Numbered from the stretch's first letter, positions 39,937 through 50,572 are shown. The stretch: 64,000 bases of DNA from Candidatus Bathyarchaeota archaeon (GCA_963782525.1 CAWAKC010000001.1:384001-448000); one strand, 5' to 3'. The notes: generated by a model from the letters alone, not told the origin. Translations and numbers: made by a program.

Positions 39937-40266
39937 ATGAAGAAATTTATGATTTTGTATATGGCACCGGTTTCTGCTGAGTCGCAGATGAATGTGAGTC
40001 CTGAAGAAATGAAGAAGGGTATGGAACCGTGGAATGCTTGGTACAAGAAATGCGGAAAAGCAATCGTTGACATGGGCACGCCCCTTGGAATGGGCGCATG
40101 TGTTGACAAGAAGGGAACAGCTAAAAGCCAAAGCCAAGTAACAGGCTACTCAATAGTCCAAGCAAAAGACTTAGACGCTGCAAAAGCAATGCTCACTGAC
40201 CATCCTCACTTAATGATGCCTAAAGCAAGCATCGAAGTCTTTGAAATGATGGCGATGAATTCGTAG
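39937..40266 (+). CDS. YCII-related (dimeric alpha/beta barrel) protein
   Basis: MKKFMILY, W..W, D.G.PL, GYSIVQA.D and HPHL. Confidence 0.8.
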   Translation: MKKFMILYMAPVSAESQMNVSPEEMKKGMEPWNAWYKKCGKAIVDMGTPLGMGACVDKKGTAKSQSQVTGYSIVQAKDLDAAKAMLTDHPHLMMPKASIEVFEMMAMNS

Positions 40267-40604
40267 ATTCACAACTCTCACGAACATTTCTTCTTTTCAC
40301 TCAGAATTTTTTTATTCATAAGGAAATTTAAGGCTTGATAAAAAAAATCTCATATGACATATTACAATTTTTGGAATATTTGATTCACGAAATAACCCAG
40401 TTATATATTCTTGTAAAATGATTTCTTGGTTCAAAAATGACAGAGAAAAACTTAGACATCCACCAGTTCATCATACGAGAAGCATACACTAGAACCAGAG
40501 CAAAGCATAGCTTTAATACTACAGAATGTGCACTTGAAGAAATCTTTGGACCCCATTTTAAATAAAAAAAATTAACAGAACTAAAAATATTCCAAAAAAT
40601 AATT

Positions 40605-41075
40605 TCAACACTTTAACAGAATTGCTCTTCTAAGGACACCAGTCAGAACAGAGAACACCACCAAACCCAAAAGCAACACAATGTTGAAAAAATTAATATG
40701 CAAGAAAATCGAAAGCGCAGTAAGAATAATGGGTACTATGCTTAGCAAAGTATACACGAATGGAAAGAATCTGAGTGCTTTTCTGTTTATGTTTAGGTCT
40801 TGTATTGAGGTTTTGGTGAAGAAAAGGTCAGGCAGTTTTCCCATGCCAATCGTGCAGGTTTTGCACCAAAAACAGTTGATGCATCCTTTTTTGCCCAACT
40901 CATAAAAAACCAGAAAAGCCGCTAAAGCAAAAAAGATTAAAGCACCAAACGAAAGGAACAGCCAACAAGAAGCAGTTCCCAAGAGAATCCACATAACAAT
41001 GGCTAAGTTGCCAAATACCAATCCGGTTTTTGAATATTCCCTTTTCTTTTTTTCAACCGAGACCACATCTTTCAC
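40605..41075 (-). CDS. Four-TM membrane protein with CxxCxxCxxC motif
   Basis: Hydrophobic helices flanking CINCFWCKTCTIG. Confidence 0.75.
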   Translation of the reverse strand: MKDVVSVEKKKREYSKTGLVFGNLAIVMWILLGTASCWLFLSFGALIFFALAAFLVFYELGKKGCINCFWCKTCTIGMGKLPDLFFTKTSIQDLNINRKALRFFPFVYTLLSIVPIILTALSIFLHINFFNIVLLLGLVVFSVLTGVLRRAILLKC

Positions 41076-41081
41076 CCGATA

Positions 41082-42371
41082 CTATTTCTCTTCAACAATG
41101 CTTTTTGTGACCTTTAATGCTAAAGCTGCCGTCGTCAACATGGTTGGCAAGCCTTGAGATCGCGGCATAAGCGAGAGATCTGCAACCCAGAGGTTCTTGG
41201 GAAGCGAATCAGAATGCATAGTTTTCGCATCACTCTTTGTAAGCGGTACGGTGCCTCCGAGATGCCCGCCATGAATCATGCCGTCTACTAAGGGTCCCTT
41301 TACTCCAGAGGCTTCCATGATTTCTTTAGCTATAACTTTGGCGCCTTCCAAACGTTCTTGGTCAACTTCAGTTAGCGCTTTTGTGACTGTTCCATCGGCG
41401 GCGACTGAGCCCATTTCAGTTTCCGCGAGCTTAATCATCATCCCCACTCGGTTCTCTGCCGACACATCTTTCCAGGGCTTGTGGAACCAGTAGGAGAGTA
41501 AGTCAAAGTAGGGTGAGAGAATGTAATTTTCTTGTTTGATGAACCAAACCATGGGTGGTTCGTTCAGCATTCGGGCATTCTTGGAGACGCCGCCAACAGT
41601 CAAGACCACGTCAACCCAAAGATTATCATGGACTGGTAGGTCAGATGCTTTCAGGATTTTGGCAGTTCCAATTCCTCCCGCAGATAAAACAACAAGGTCG
41701 GCATTCAGTCGCTCAAGCGATGAACCATGAGAAACTAAAACCCCCTTGGCACAACCTTTTTCTACCACTACTTTCTTGACTGGCGCATTGGTCTTCAAAG
41801 TGATGCCTTTTCCAAGAACCTCCTGATACAGTTGTCTACTATCCCATTTTGCCCCTGTTACACAACCCAATTCACAGTAACCACAGCCCACACATTTCTT
41901 TAAATCAACCACTTTCGGGGTTGGCTTAGGGGTGTACCCCAGTTTTTCGGCTTCATCAAACATCTGTTGGCTTAACGGTCGCCATTTTTCTCTTGGAATA
42001 GGATTAATTGTTAGTTCGCTTTCTAATTCATTGTATTCGGCTGTTAAGTCAAGACCTATTTCCTTTAGGCCACGTTCAGCCCGCACCATGTTGCCGCAGG
42101 AAATTTCGGTACATCCACCTTCAGTAACTCCGTAAAAAATTGCTAAGTCTTTACTTGAGCGGGTGGTATGATAGTGCGGAAAAATCCGTTTTATCGAGTT
42201 TTCATTTTTTAGCAGCGGCGTTCCTCTAAGCGAGCTTAGCCAAGAAACCTTGTGGGTCAGCGGACTGAAAGGTTGCCCCGCTTCCAACATCAGCACTTCG
42301 AACCCTTTGCTTGCGAGTACGCGAGCTGCAGTTGCTCCTCCCGCTCCGGTTCCAACTACAATCGCCTTCAC
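41082..42371 (-). CDS. GMC-family FAD oxidoreductase with ferredoxin-like Cys motif
   Basis: VVGTGAGG, CVGCGYCELGC, SAGGIGT, HLGGT, VADLS and PTMLT. Confidence 0.88.
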   Translation of the reverse strand: MKAIVVGTGAGGATAARVLASKGFEVLMLEAGQPFSPLTHKVSWLSSLRGTPLLKNENSIKRIFPHYHTTRSSKDLAIFYGVTEGGCTEISCGNMVRAERGLKEIGLDLTAEYNELESELTINPIPREKWRPLSQQMFDEAEKLGYTPKPTPKVVDLKKCVGCGYCELGCVTGAKWDSRQLYQEVLGKGITLKTNAPVKKVVVEKGCAKGVLVSHGSSLERLNADLVVLSAGGIGTAKILKASDLPVHDNLWVDVVLTVGGVSKNARMLNEPPMVWFIKQENYILSPYFDLLSYWFHKPWKDVSAENRVGMMIKLAETEMGSVAADGTVTKALTEVDQERLEGAKVIAKEIMEASGVKGPLVDGMIHGGHLGGTVPLTKSDAKTMHSDSLPKNLWVADLSLMPRSQGLPTMLTTAALALKVTKSIVEEK

Positions 42372-42373
42372 AC

Positions 42374-42988
42374 TTAATTTCTCCTTTCTATTCTTGCGGT
42401 GCAAACGTTGCAGCCGCCAGTTATTTCCTTTTCAAACTTCATGCTCATGTTAGGGTTTAATCCCTCCATTACGCCTTCATCTGTCGCGCTTAAGACCCTG
42501 CATGTCAACTCTGAATAATACTTCGCCAAAGCACAATGGTCAACAGTGAGTAATCCTTGATTTGTTCCAGTCCATTCGATTTTAAATTTTATACCTAACA
42601 CACGATACATTATTTTGGCTGTCTTGACTATATCCTCAGGACTATCGCCTACGCCCAATCTATCTCGATTTTGTTTGCCCAGTTGCTCCCCAACTTTAAG
42701 CAATGCTTCTCTTCCCACCTTAACTGCGGTTTCCTGCCCTAAAGCTTCTGCTAATGCCTCAACTAGAATGGTGTGCTGCTTTGCCATAAAAGCTCTTTTA
42801 GCGTTAATGCTTTTCATCGATTGCCGCTCTGTAGCTACAGCTTTAACTGATGTGTCTGGAGAATGGTCACGTAGCGCATCTTTGAGAGCCTGAATAGTTA
42901 AGTCTGAGATAGCATCTAGCTCTCGACTGATAGCGTACTTAGGCATCCACAACGATAAAAAAGTAAGTTTCACACCCATCACGATCAC
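42374..42988 (-). CDS. ATC-hydrolase/V4R-like small-ligand-binding fold protein
   Basis: VDHC...C...DEG...LNP...ITGG...C pattern. Confidence 0.65.
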   Translation of the reverse strand: MIVMGVKLTFLSLWMPKYAISRELDAISDLTIQALKDALRDHSPDTSVKAVATERQSMKSINAKRAFMAKQHTILVEALAEALGQETAVKVGREALLKVGEQLGKQNRDRLGVGDSPEDIVKTAKIMYRVLGIKFKIEWTGTNQGLLTVDHCALAKYYSELTCRVLSATDEGVMEGLNPNMSMKFEKEITGGCNVCTARIERRN

Positions 42989-45792
42989 TCTGGCTTATCT
43001 ACTCCACCCACATGGATATCTGCGTTGGGTACGGAGCCTCCGTATAGGGCATCGATGACTTTTTGGTACCGTTGAGTCACCACGTTGTGTTTTAGTTTAA
43101 GGTTTGGGGTTAAGTCTCCGTTCTCTATGCTCAAAGTGTTCGCGAGTAAGGCCCATTTCTTTATTTTTTCTGGGTTTGAGAGGCGCTTGTTCATTTCTTC
43201 GATTGCTTGGTCGATTACCGCTTTGGTTTTTTGATTCCAATGGTCTTTTTGCACCCAGATTAGTGCGACGCAGTAGGGCTTGGACTCGCCAACCAGCATT
43301 GCTTCCCCAACGCCGTTGATTTCACGAATCATGCATTCTATTTTTCCCGAATAGATACACTTGCCGTAAGAAGTTTTGATTAATTCTTTCTTTCTGCCAA
43401 GAATAACTAAGCTTCCTTCCGGGGTCAGGTTTCCTATATCGCCCGTCATTAACCAGCCGTCTTTAAACGGTGGGTCAAGGGACTTGTCGAAATATCCTAC
43501 TGTGACTTGGGGTCCTTTCACCTTTATTTCACCATCTTCACAAACCTGCACCAGAGTCTGAGGCATAGGTTCGCCAACAGTGCCCAACCTGTTTCTGTCC
43601 ACCTTATTAATCGTTATAAGCGGAGCCTCAGTCATTCCATAGGCGTTGTAGATTTCTATGCCTAATTCTCGGAAATTCTCAAGCAAGTTCTCATCAGAGT
43701 TTGCTGAACCCGCGATAAGCTGCTCACACTTATCTAAACCAGCCCTCTTGAGGGTGGCGTTCTTAACAACTCGCCCGATTAGGCGTTTGAAGGCCCCTTT
43801 CTTGCGGCTAATGTAGAATCGCCCAAAACTATTGCTTTCCAGACCTTCCCAGACTTTCTCATAAATACGCGGAACTGCAAAAAAGATAGTTGGTCGCACT
43901 TGGGAAATTGCATGCTGAAGCTTTCTGAAGTCTTCTAGGAAATAAATGGATATGGGCGCAGGATAGTAGTAGGGTGAATAAGTGGCTAAAATGCCTTCCA
44001 CCACATGTCCCATGGGAAGGAACGATAGGTAGCTGGCCGGTCGGGTTCTGGATTTCCAAGATGTAATGGAAACTATCGATTCTGCCATGAAGCGGAGGTT
44101 GTCGTGCCTAAAGATTGCGCCTTTGGGTTTGCCAGTTGTGCCTGACGAATACCGCAATGTGGCTATGTCACCGAAACCTACAGGTGCCATCTTGGGCGTT
44201 GCGTTAGATGTTGCTTTGGCGAGGAAATCCGTCCAAGCAATAACTTTGCTATTTTGTGAAGGGGCGCCTCTGCAAAAAGACACAATTGGGACATCAGCCG
44301 TAAGCTCACCAATCCTTGCCAGTAAGCTGGGCATGCCGACGAAGAATAGTTTGCTTTCGCTCGCCTTTAAAACCTGGTCAACGTCTGCTGGAGGCGTCGT
44401 GTAGTAAAGGGGAACACTGATTGCACCAACAAGACCGATGGCTACATCCACGGCAAGGTAATCTGAACAGTTAAGACCCGTTAATGCCACGCGGTCCCCA
44501 GCAGAAATACCCATGGAGCGAAGAGCATCCGTAACGGACAAAATTTCTTCGCGCATCTGCTTAGAGGTTTTTTTAACAACCTTGTCTTCGATTATATCAT
44601 AGTAGGTTACAGGTAGACTTTTGCTCTCCAGCCGGAACAATACTTGCTCGTGAACTGTACGTTCTGAACGGTGCAAGAACCCGTGATAGGTGGCGTATTC
44701 GAGAAGATGGGGCAAAATCTTCTGCCAATTCATGTTGTATGGCCCAAGCAACTCGTCAAGGTTGCTTCGATGAAACTGGCGATTCTCGCTAAAATATGGT
44801 GACAGCGAAATGAGTGCATCCACGGCTTTACGGCCACCTGGCTTAACTGCTCTCTGCAAACGTAGAAAACCCTTCATCATCGACGCAGACTTGCCCACCG
44901 AGAAAAACCTCGGTAGTTTAATCCCCAGATTCGTTCCCGCCCACTTATTGACGGCGCCAAGGAGTTCACCAAGTTTGGGTAAGGATTCATATGGTGCGAC
45001 AAGGTGGAAGTTTAGTCCTTTTGCTTTTGGGTTGAAAGTAAGCTTGACTACTGAGGACGCGACGTAGTCGACAGGGACAATGTTGATTCTTAAGGAGCGA
45101 CTTACGGGCAATATTCGAAGCTTACCCGTCAAATACAGTCGCAGGGGAAAGTAGAAGGTGTTGAAGGTTTTGATGGCGCCTGTTTGGGAATCACCGACAA
45201 CCATGGCGGGGCGGAAAACTGAGGTTGGCATTTCTTTTTTTGCTTCTTGAACAAGCTTTTCTCCTTCGTACTTGCTCTGCTCATAAGCAGTAAAAAACCC
45301 GTACTCATCCGTTAGAGCGGCTTCGGGTACTACTACTCCCGTTCTTCCGCCTGCAACGTAGGCAGTGGAAATGTGGGAAAACCGCTCAAGCCCATGGTCG
45401 GCATTTGCTTTTTTCGCAAGGTCCAACACGTTCGCGGTTCCTTGAACGTTTGTTTTTCGGAGTTCTTCAAGCGATAAAAAACGCCAATCAGCAGCGGTAT
45501 GAATGATGTGGGTTACTTTTTTAGCGAGGTTAATGTAAGCTTCTTGGGTTAATCCTAAGTTTGGTTGGACAACGTCGCCGAGGATAGCTTCGACTCTGCC
45601 ATTTAATGCCTCTATTAGTTCTGGCCAATCCCACCATTCCCTCGCCAACTTACGCATCGCAGATTCGTTATCGGCTGCTCGAACCAATGCAAGAACAGCC
45701 ACTTGGTCATCTTTCAAAAGTTCGCGGGTAATTTGTGTGCCGATAAAACCAGTTGCGCCAGTTACCAGAACCGTCTTCTTCACGGCAACCAC
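42985..45792 (-). CDS. Fusion of a FAR/thioester-reductase-type SDR (NAD_binding_4) and a long-chain acyl-CoA-synthetase-like AMP-binding domain
   Basis: TGATGFIG, HISTAYV, YEQSK and FRPAMVVG; then YSSGTTGKPKG, YGMTE, TGD, GRKKE and PNLK. Confidence 0.9.
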   Translation of the reverse strand: MVAVKKTVLVTGATGFIGTQITRELLKDDQVAVLALVRAADNESAMRKLAREWWDWPELIEALNGRVEAILGDVVQPNLGLTQEAYINLAKKVTHIIHTAADWRFLSLEELRKTNVQGTANVLDLAKKANADHGLERFSHISTAYVAGGRTGVVVPEAALTDEYGFFTAYEQSKYEGEKLVQEAKKEMPTSVFRPAMVVGDSQTGAIKTFNTFYFPLRLYLTGKLRILPVSRSLRINIVPVDYVASSVVKLTFNPKAKGLNFHLVAPYESLPKLGELLGAVNKWAGTNLGIKLPRFFSVGKSASMMKGFLRLQRAVKPGGRKAVDALISLSPYFSENRQFHRSNLDELLGPYNMNWQKILPHLLEYATYHGFLHRSERTVHEQVLFRLESKSLPVTYYDIIEDKVVKKTSKQMREEILSVTDALRSMGISAGDRVALTGLNCSDYLAVDVAIGLVGAISVPLYYTTPPADVDQVLKASESKLFFVGMPSLLARIGELTADVPIVSFCRGAPSQNSKVIAWTDFLAKATSNATPKMAPVGFGDIATLRYSSGTTGKPKGAIFRHDNLRFMAESIVSITSWKSRTRPASYLSFLPMGHVVEGILATYSPYYYPAPISIYFLEDFRKLQHAISQVRPTIFFAVPRIYEKVWEGLESNSFGRFYISRKKGAFKRLIGRVVKNATLKRAGLDKCEQLIAGSANSDENLLENFRELGIEIYNAYGMTEAPLITINKVDRNRLGTVGEPMPQTLVQVCEDGEIKVKGPQVTVGYFDKSLDPPFKDGWLMTGDIGNLTPEGSLVILGRKKELIKTSYGKCIYSGKIECMIREINGVGEAMLVGESKPYCVALIWVQKDHWNQKTKAVIDQAIEEMNKRLSNPEKIKKWALLANTLSIENGDLTPNLKLKHNVVTQRYQKVIDALYGGSVPNADIHVGGVDKPE

Positions 45793-47015
45793 TCCGGATA
45801 ATTTTTTTCCAGAAAACTTTTGAAGAGCAAAATGTTTCTTTTTTCTCGCTCTTTATACTGGTCGTAACCAACGCGGAGCTTTGCTTTTATGACATCGTAC
45901 TTTGAGAAGAGTGTTGCGACGTTGTCGCTTAAGAGTTTGTATCTGTCAGGGTCTTCGTGGTCTACGAAGAGGTCTTCGATGCCTAAATCGCAGTACAAAT
46001 CTTTTATTCTGAGGTCATGTCCGATTGCGGTCTGGGGAACTTGGTGTGCTAAAGAGAGGACTCCAGCATGGTATCTTGATGTTATTAAGAGGTCGAGACT
46101 TCCGAGGATGCTTGTCATCTGCGAAGCATTGTAGTCTATGGATGTGAAGATTCTTGTTTTTTCGGGGTGCTTCATTAAGCCTTGGATTTTTTTTCCGAAT
46201 GTAGCATCAAGCCTTTCCATGCTCAATAACGCTACTGATGTGCCGTAATCCTCGATCATCTCGTCAGCTTGAACCGCCAACACGTCGGCGAGCAACTCAC
46301 TTTTTTCCTGGCTCTCTTTTGTATGGGTATAATAGTAGGGCCAGCGGTAGAGGAATTTCTTTGACGCGTATGGTCGAATTACCACGGGCCACTTGTAGAT
46401 GTCTTCAGCTGCAACGCCGACGACATAGGAGGCTTCTGGCCAAATCCGTTTGAGCAACCCTTCGTCTGCTGGGTTAGGATTAAATGAAAAAGCATTGTCA
46501 GCTGTAACTTCGATTGGAGCTTTGACACCCCACTTTTTGAGGCGATCCGATGCCTTCTGGGTTCGAGATAAAATAAGGTTTGTTTTGCTGGATTCTCGTC
46601 TGATTAGCCACCTGTTTAATCGTGATGCGTTCCCAGCGTCCACTGAATAGGCAACGCAGGGTTTACCCATGGAATGAGCATAACGGGTTGCAAGTAGATA
46701 GAACCATAGGAGAGCTGAACCCCAAGTATCCATATAACAGCTGCCTTCAACCAGCAGGATTAAGTCGTTTTGTTTGACTAAGTTGCGGATATCCCAAAAG
46801 AAAAGGGAGGGTCTGACTGATTTGATTTTTACCGTTGGGCTTTCGGGGATATATCTTCGGAGGTTTTCTTCGTTCAGCGAGGGTATAGTAATTATTGCCT
46901 CTTGACCTAAAACTGCACGGACCTCTTTGACTATGGCGAGGAGTTTTGCTTCCGCTCCTGTATTGTTTGCGCCATTGTAGCCCACGAGCAAAATCCTTGG
47001 CTTCAACTTGAACAC
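45780..47015 (-). CDS. Polysaccharide pyruvyl-transferase family protein (WcaK/CsaB-like)
   Basis: GYNGANNTGAEA, TADNAF and SRYHAG. Confidence 0.8.
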   Translation of the reverse strand: MFKLKPRILLVGYNGANNTGAEAKLLAIVKEVRAVLGQEAIITIPSLNEENLRRYIPESPTVKIKSVRPSLFFWDIRNLVKQNDLILLVEGSCYMDTWGSALLWFYLLATRYAHSMGKPCVAYSVDAGNASRLNRWLIRRESSKTNLILSRTQKASDRLKKWGVKAPIEVTADNAFSFNPNPADEGLLKRIWPEASYVVGVAAEDIYKWPVVIRPYASKKFLYRWPYYYTHTKESQEKSELLADVLAVQADEMIEDYGTSVALLSMERLDATFGKKIQGLMKHPEKTRIFTSIDYNASQMTSILGSLDLLITSRYHAGVLSLAHQVPQTAIGHDLRIKDLYCDLGIEDLFVDHEDPDRYKLLSDNVATLFSKYDVIKAKLRVGYDQYKEREKRNILLFKSFLEKNYPEWLP

Positions 47016-47017
47016 CC

Positions 47018-47578
47018 TTATTCCTTAGCTTTTTGAGCCAGTTCTCTAGCCCAACTTCAAATTTCGTCCCAGTTGCGAAGGTCGTAAACGCCAGGTTCCG
47101 TCTCTTTAAACCCGTGCTTTTGAATGGGAGACTTATAGCCTTCTTCCATCGCTTTACGTGTCAGGAAGCTCATTTTGTTATAGTCTATGACTCCGCCGAA
47201 GTATCCTGTCAAAATGGGTTTAAGATTGTACTTTAAGATTTTGTCTTCTAAGCCAATTTTTCGTGTTCTATCCACTCGAGCATTTTTTCCTTCTTTTTCC
47301 TCGACAGGTATCAATGAGGAGATGAACAGCGCAAGCTTTTTTTCTTCGAGGTCTCGGCGGAATCTTTTTAGGAAATCCTCGGCTTCGCCAACCCAATTGC
47401 CCAAAGCCATACCACTACCAACGATAACCAAGTCGTAATCTGAGAGATCACTGACCTTTTCATCCTTAACGTTCACGATTTTTACATCGAAACTTTCTCC
47501 TTGAAGTGTTCTAGCGATTTCTTCAGCGGTCCCCTTGGTTGCACCATAACGTGTAGCATAAACAACTAAGGCTTTCAT
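47018..47578 (-). CDS. Flavodoxin-domain (HemG-like) protein with an in-frame TGA near the C-terminus
   Basis: YATRYGAT and DLRNWDEI*SWARELAQKAKE; paralogue of 57930-58496. Confidence 0.8.
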
Positions 47579-47847
47579 ACTTGATCCTCCGAAGCATTGC
47601 TTACTGAAATAGATTTTTCTTCTCCCTTTGGCAGCGTCGCTGCAATCTCGTTTTTCCTCAAATTTAGCCTTAAAACGCCGCAGTCACCCTTAACTTCAAG
47701 AATCTCCGGTTCAACAAAGCAAGCGCTCTGTAGTTTTCCAATTGTTCCCTCTATTAAGACACCGCCATTCGCAGATAGCCTTGTGAGATGCTTATTGGAA
47801 ATGAGTTCAACAGAGAAGTCTCGTCCACCTTCATTTAATTCAGTCAT
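47575..47847 (-). CDS. Hypothetical protein
   Basis: VLIEGTIG...LEVKG..GVLRL; ATGA overlap with the flavodoxin gene. Confidence 0.7.
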   Translation of the reverse strand: MTELNEGGRDFSVELISNKHLTRLSANGGVLIEGTIGKLQSACFVEPEILEVKGDCGVLRLNLRKNEIAATLPKGEEKSISVSNASEDQV

Positions 47848-47945
47848 TTTTTCTCACCAAAATAATAATGCTGCAAAAATAGAGATAAAATTTATTTGCT
47901 TACAACACGAAATAATTAGCAAGGGTCCAAAATAATTCGTATCGA

Positions 47946-48734
47946 TTGGTATGTGGGAAGATAGCAAACTTGGAAGATAGTGAAGAAATTTCTAAAGTAC
48001 TCTTTGAGTTATCTAGCAACAGAAGAGCAAACATACTGTTCGAAATAGGAAAAGAAAATCTCAAAATGCAGCAGATCGCGAAATCTCTGGATACGACTGT
48101 TACCGAAACTTTCAGGCACCTGCAACGACTAACTGAAGCAAAACTTGTGGAGAAAAAAGTTGACGGTACCTATGCAATAACCTCGCTGGGCAAGCTGGCT
48201 ACTGGTTTTCTGTCTGGTTTCAATTTTGTTTTAAAGAATGGCGATTACTTCTTAGATCATGATGTTTTCTGTCTTCCTTACGAGTTCGTTAACAGGCTTG
48301 GGGAGTTGTCCGATGCGGAATTTTGCATGGAAGCTATGTCAGGTTTTAATCGAGTTAGAAAAATGGTGCTTGACGCTGAAAAATACATTTGGAGTATGGC
48401 TGAGCAGGTAGATTCAAGTCATATTCAGCCAACAACAGAGAAAAAGTCCAAAGGACTTGACTTCAAGTTTATCATGCAGAAAGATCTTGCAAAGGCACTT
48501 GCAAACGCCAAAGACTCTGAAGTCCTATTGGGAAGCAAGTATATGGAGAGAATCCCAGTCACTCTTGTGATTACTGAAAATTATGCTACGGTGGTTTTTC
48601 GACGACACAACGGTGTGATGGATTACATGGGGCTGTTTGGATTTGACGAAAAATTCCGAAAATGGTGCCAAGACCTCTTCATGTACTATTGGGAAAGGGC
48701 TGAGCGATGGTATCCAGGCATCCAGATAAAATAA
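47946..48734 (+). CDS. Winged-helix (ArsR-like, DUF1724-type) transcriptional regulator
   Basis: N-terminal wHTH (RHLQRL...Y.IT.LG), C-terminal W...LF.YYWERA; divergent from the operon. Confidence 0.85.
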   Translation: MVCGKIANLEDSEEISKVLFELSSNRRANILFEIGKENLKMQQIAKSLDTTVTETFRHLQRLTEAKLVEKKVDGTYAITSLGKLATGFLSGFNFVLKNGDYFLDHDVFCLPYEFVNRLGELSDAEFCMEAMSGFNRVRKMVLDAEKYIWSMAEQVDSSHIQPTTEKKSKGLDFKFIMQKDLAKALANAKDSEVLLGSKYMERIPVTLVITENYATVVFRRHNGVMDYMGLFGFDEKFRKWCQDLFMYYWERAERWYPGIQIK

Positions 48735-48934
48735 CCGATTGAATATTAATGTGAAATAGCGAAATTTGGGTTTTAAATTCCTTAAATGGCTTGAGATGTC
48801 ACCCGTAGGAATGCTCTTTTGATCCTGATAATTGGAAACAAATTATTTTTAAAATGGTCATTACTTTTTTTCCGTTTAAAATTAACTTTAAACCGGTAAA
48901 AAATAGCGATAAGAAAAAATATTTATGCAGATAA

Positions 48935-49534
48935 TTGCAATTAACAAAGCAGGCGATTGTTATGAACCCAATTCTTTTAGAAGGACTGAAAGTTGTAGGG
49001 ACCGAAGGTTACATTCTAGGCGAAATAAGTGAAATAGAAATTAACCCAAGAAATTGGCAAGCCGATGCTTTTTGTGTTAATTTGAGCGCTGACGCCACGG
49101 CAGAACTCGGATTCAAAAAACCTTTCTTACGTAAAATCACCGTCTGTTTACCAACCCGTCTTATTGGTTCCATTGGAGATGTAATTACTCTTAAAGAACC
49201 AATAAGGAACCTTGAAGACATCGAAGAGCGGCATGTTTCAGTGAATTATGCTAAACTGAGAGGCATGAAGGTAGTTGGGTTAAAGGGTCGTACTGTTGGG
49301 GAAGTAGAAGGATTTGATTTAGACCTCGACCATTGGCAAGTTACTGGTTTACAGGTTGGTTTAACTGATGACGCTGCAACAGAACTGGGATTTAAGCGAC
49401 CATTTCTTAGCAAGGTAGTAGTTGTTATTCCATCAAAGATAGTAGAAGAAGTTGGTAATTTCGTAAATTTAAGTAAAACCATAGAAAACCTTGAATCACT
49501 CGTAGAGTGCATACACTCCTGCAAAAAACTGTAA
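48935..49534 (+). CDS. Tandem PRC-barrel domain protein
   Basis: Two similar repeats (GxKVVG..G..GE...W...ATAELGFK.PFL.K...P..I...G). Confidence 0.85.
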   Translation: MQLTKQAIVMNPILLEGLKVVGTEGYILGEISEIEINPRNWQADAFCVNLSADATAELGFKKPFLRKITVCLPTRLIGSIGDVITLKEPIRNLEDIEERHVSVNYAKLRGMKVVGLKGRTVGEVEGFDLDLDHWQVTGLQVGLTDDAATELGFKRPFLSKVVVVIPSKIVEEVGNFVNLSKTIENLESLVECIHSCKKL

Positions 49535-49689
49535 CTGAATCCTAACCTGCGAGCACAAAGCCAAACATTTTTCTTTGTTAGAAGATGTTAACCAACCAAC
49601 TGGTTGCCCCACCCTGAGCTTCAACGATAATGCACAATAAGAAATTAAAGCACAACCAGCCTATCTGTCTAATTGCAGGGTGAACACCG

Positions 49690-50530
49690 CTCGCAGTTTA
49701 TGTAACTAAAGCAGATGGCTCCAAACAACTATTCGATAAAGAAAAAATAATACAGACCTGCCGAAGATGGGTCGCCAACCATGAAGTTACCATGCAAGTC
49801 GTCCAAGAAGTAGAAAAAAACATCTACGAAGGAATAACAACACAGGAAATCCTTCAAATGATCTTCCAACCTAATGGTAAAACATAAACCCGCTGTTAAA
49901 CACCTCTTCGACCTTAAATATGGTATAAGCCTTATGCAGCCTAAACCTGAATTCGAAGTTTTTGTGCGAGTGGTCTTGGCTCATAGCGGCTCTCAAGTGA
50001 AGCCAAACATGATACTGAAGGGATTGTGTGGAGAACATGAGGTGGATGCAATAGCCGTCAAAGATGGCTTAACTTATCTTGTGGAAGCAAAACATCACGG
50101 TAACTACCATGCCTTGACCGGACTTGATGAGAGCCGCATAGCTCGAGCAATCATAGAGGATGTCACAGAAGGCTACAGAAGTGGTGCAACCGAAATCAAA
50201 ATTGACCGAGCAATCATAGTCACCAATACCAAATATTCAGAACACGCCGTAAACTATGGTCGATGCCGAGACATTTTGCAAGTTGGATGGGCTTCTCCTG
50301 AAGGTTTCAGGTTAAGAGACATAGTTGAGAGACACAAGTTGATCCCGTTAAGTTGCCTTCGAGGCATAAGCACAGAAACAAGGACACGATTGGTAGAGGC
50401 AGGAATAGTGCTCATAAAACAGCTTCTTGAACAGGATGGTCTATACATTTAAAGAAAAATTGGTTTATCCCATCAAACCGTTTTATCCATAGTGGAAAAA
50501 GCTAGACACACAACAGAAACACTTTGGTAA
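49690..50530 (+). pseudogene. ATP-cone plus Mrr-like restriction endonuclease, disrupted
   Basis: VYVTKADGSKQLFDKEKI ATP cone; FE...EVD...VEAKHH...TN; start codon reads CTC, frameshift near 49870, TAA at 50450. Confidence 0.75.
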
Positions 50531-50572
50531 TATGTTTAGGATGTTTTTTACCCTAACTAACAGGATGTTGGA

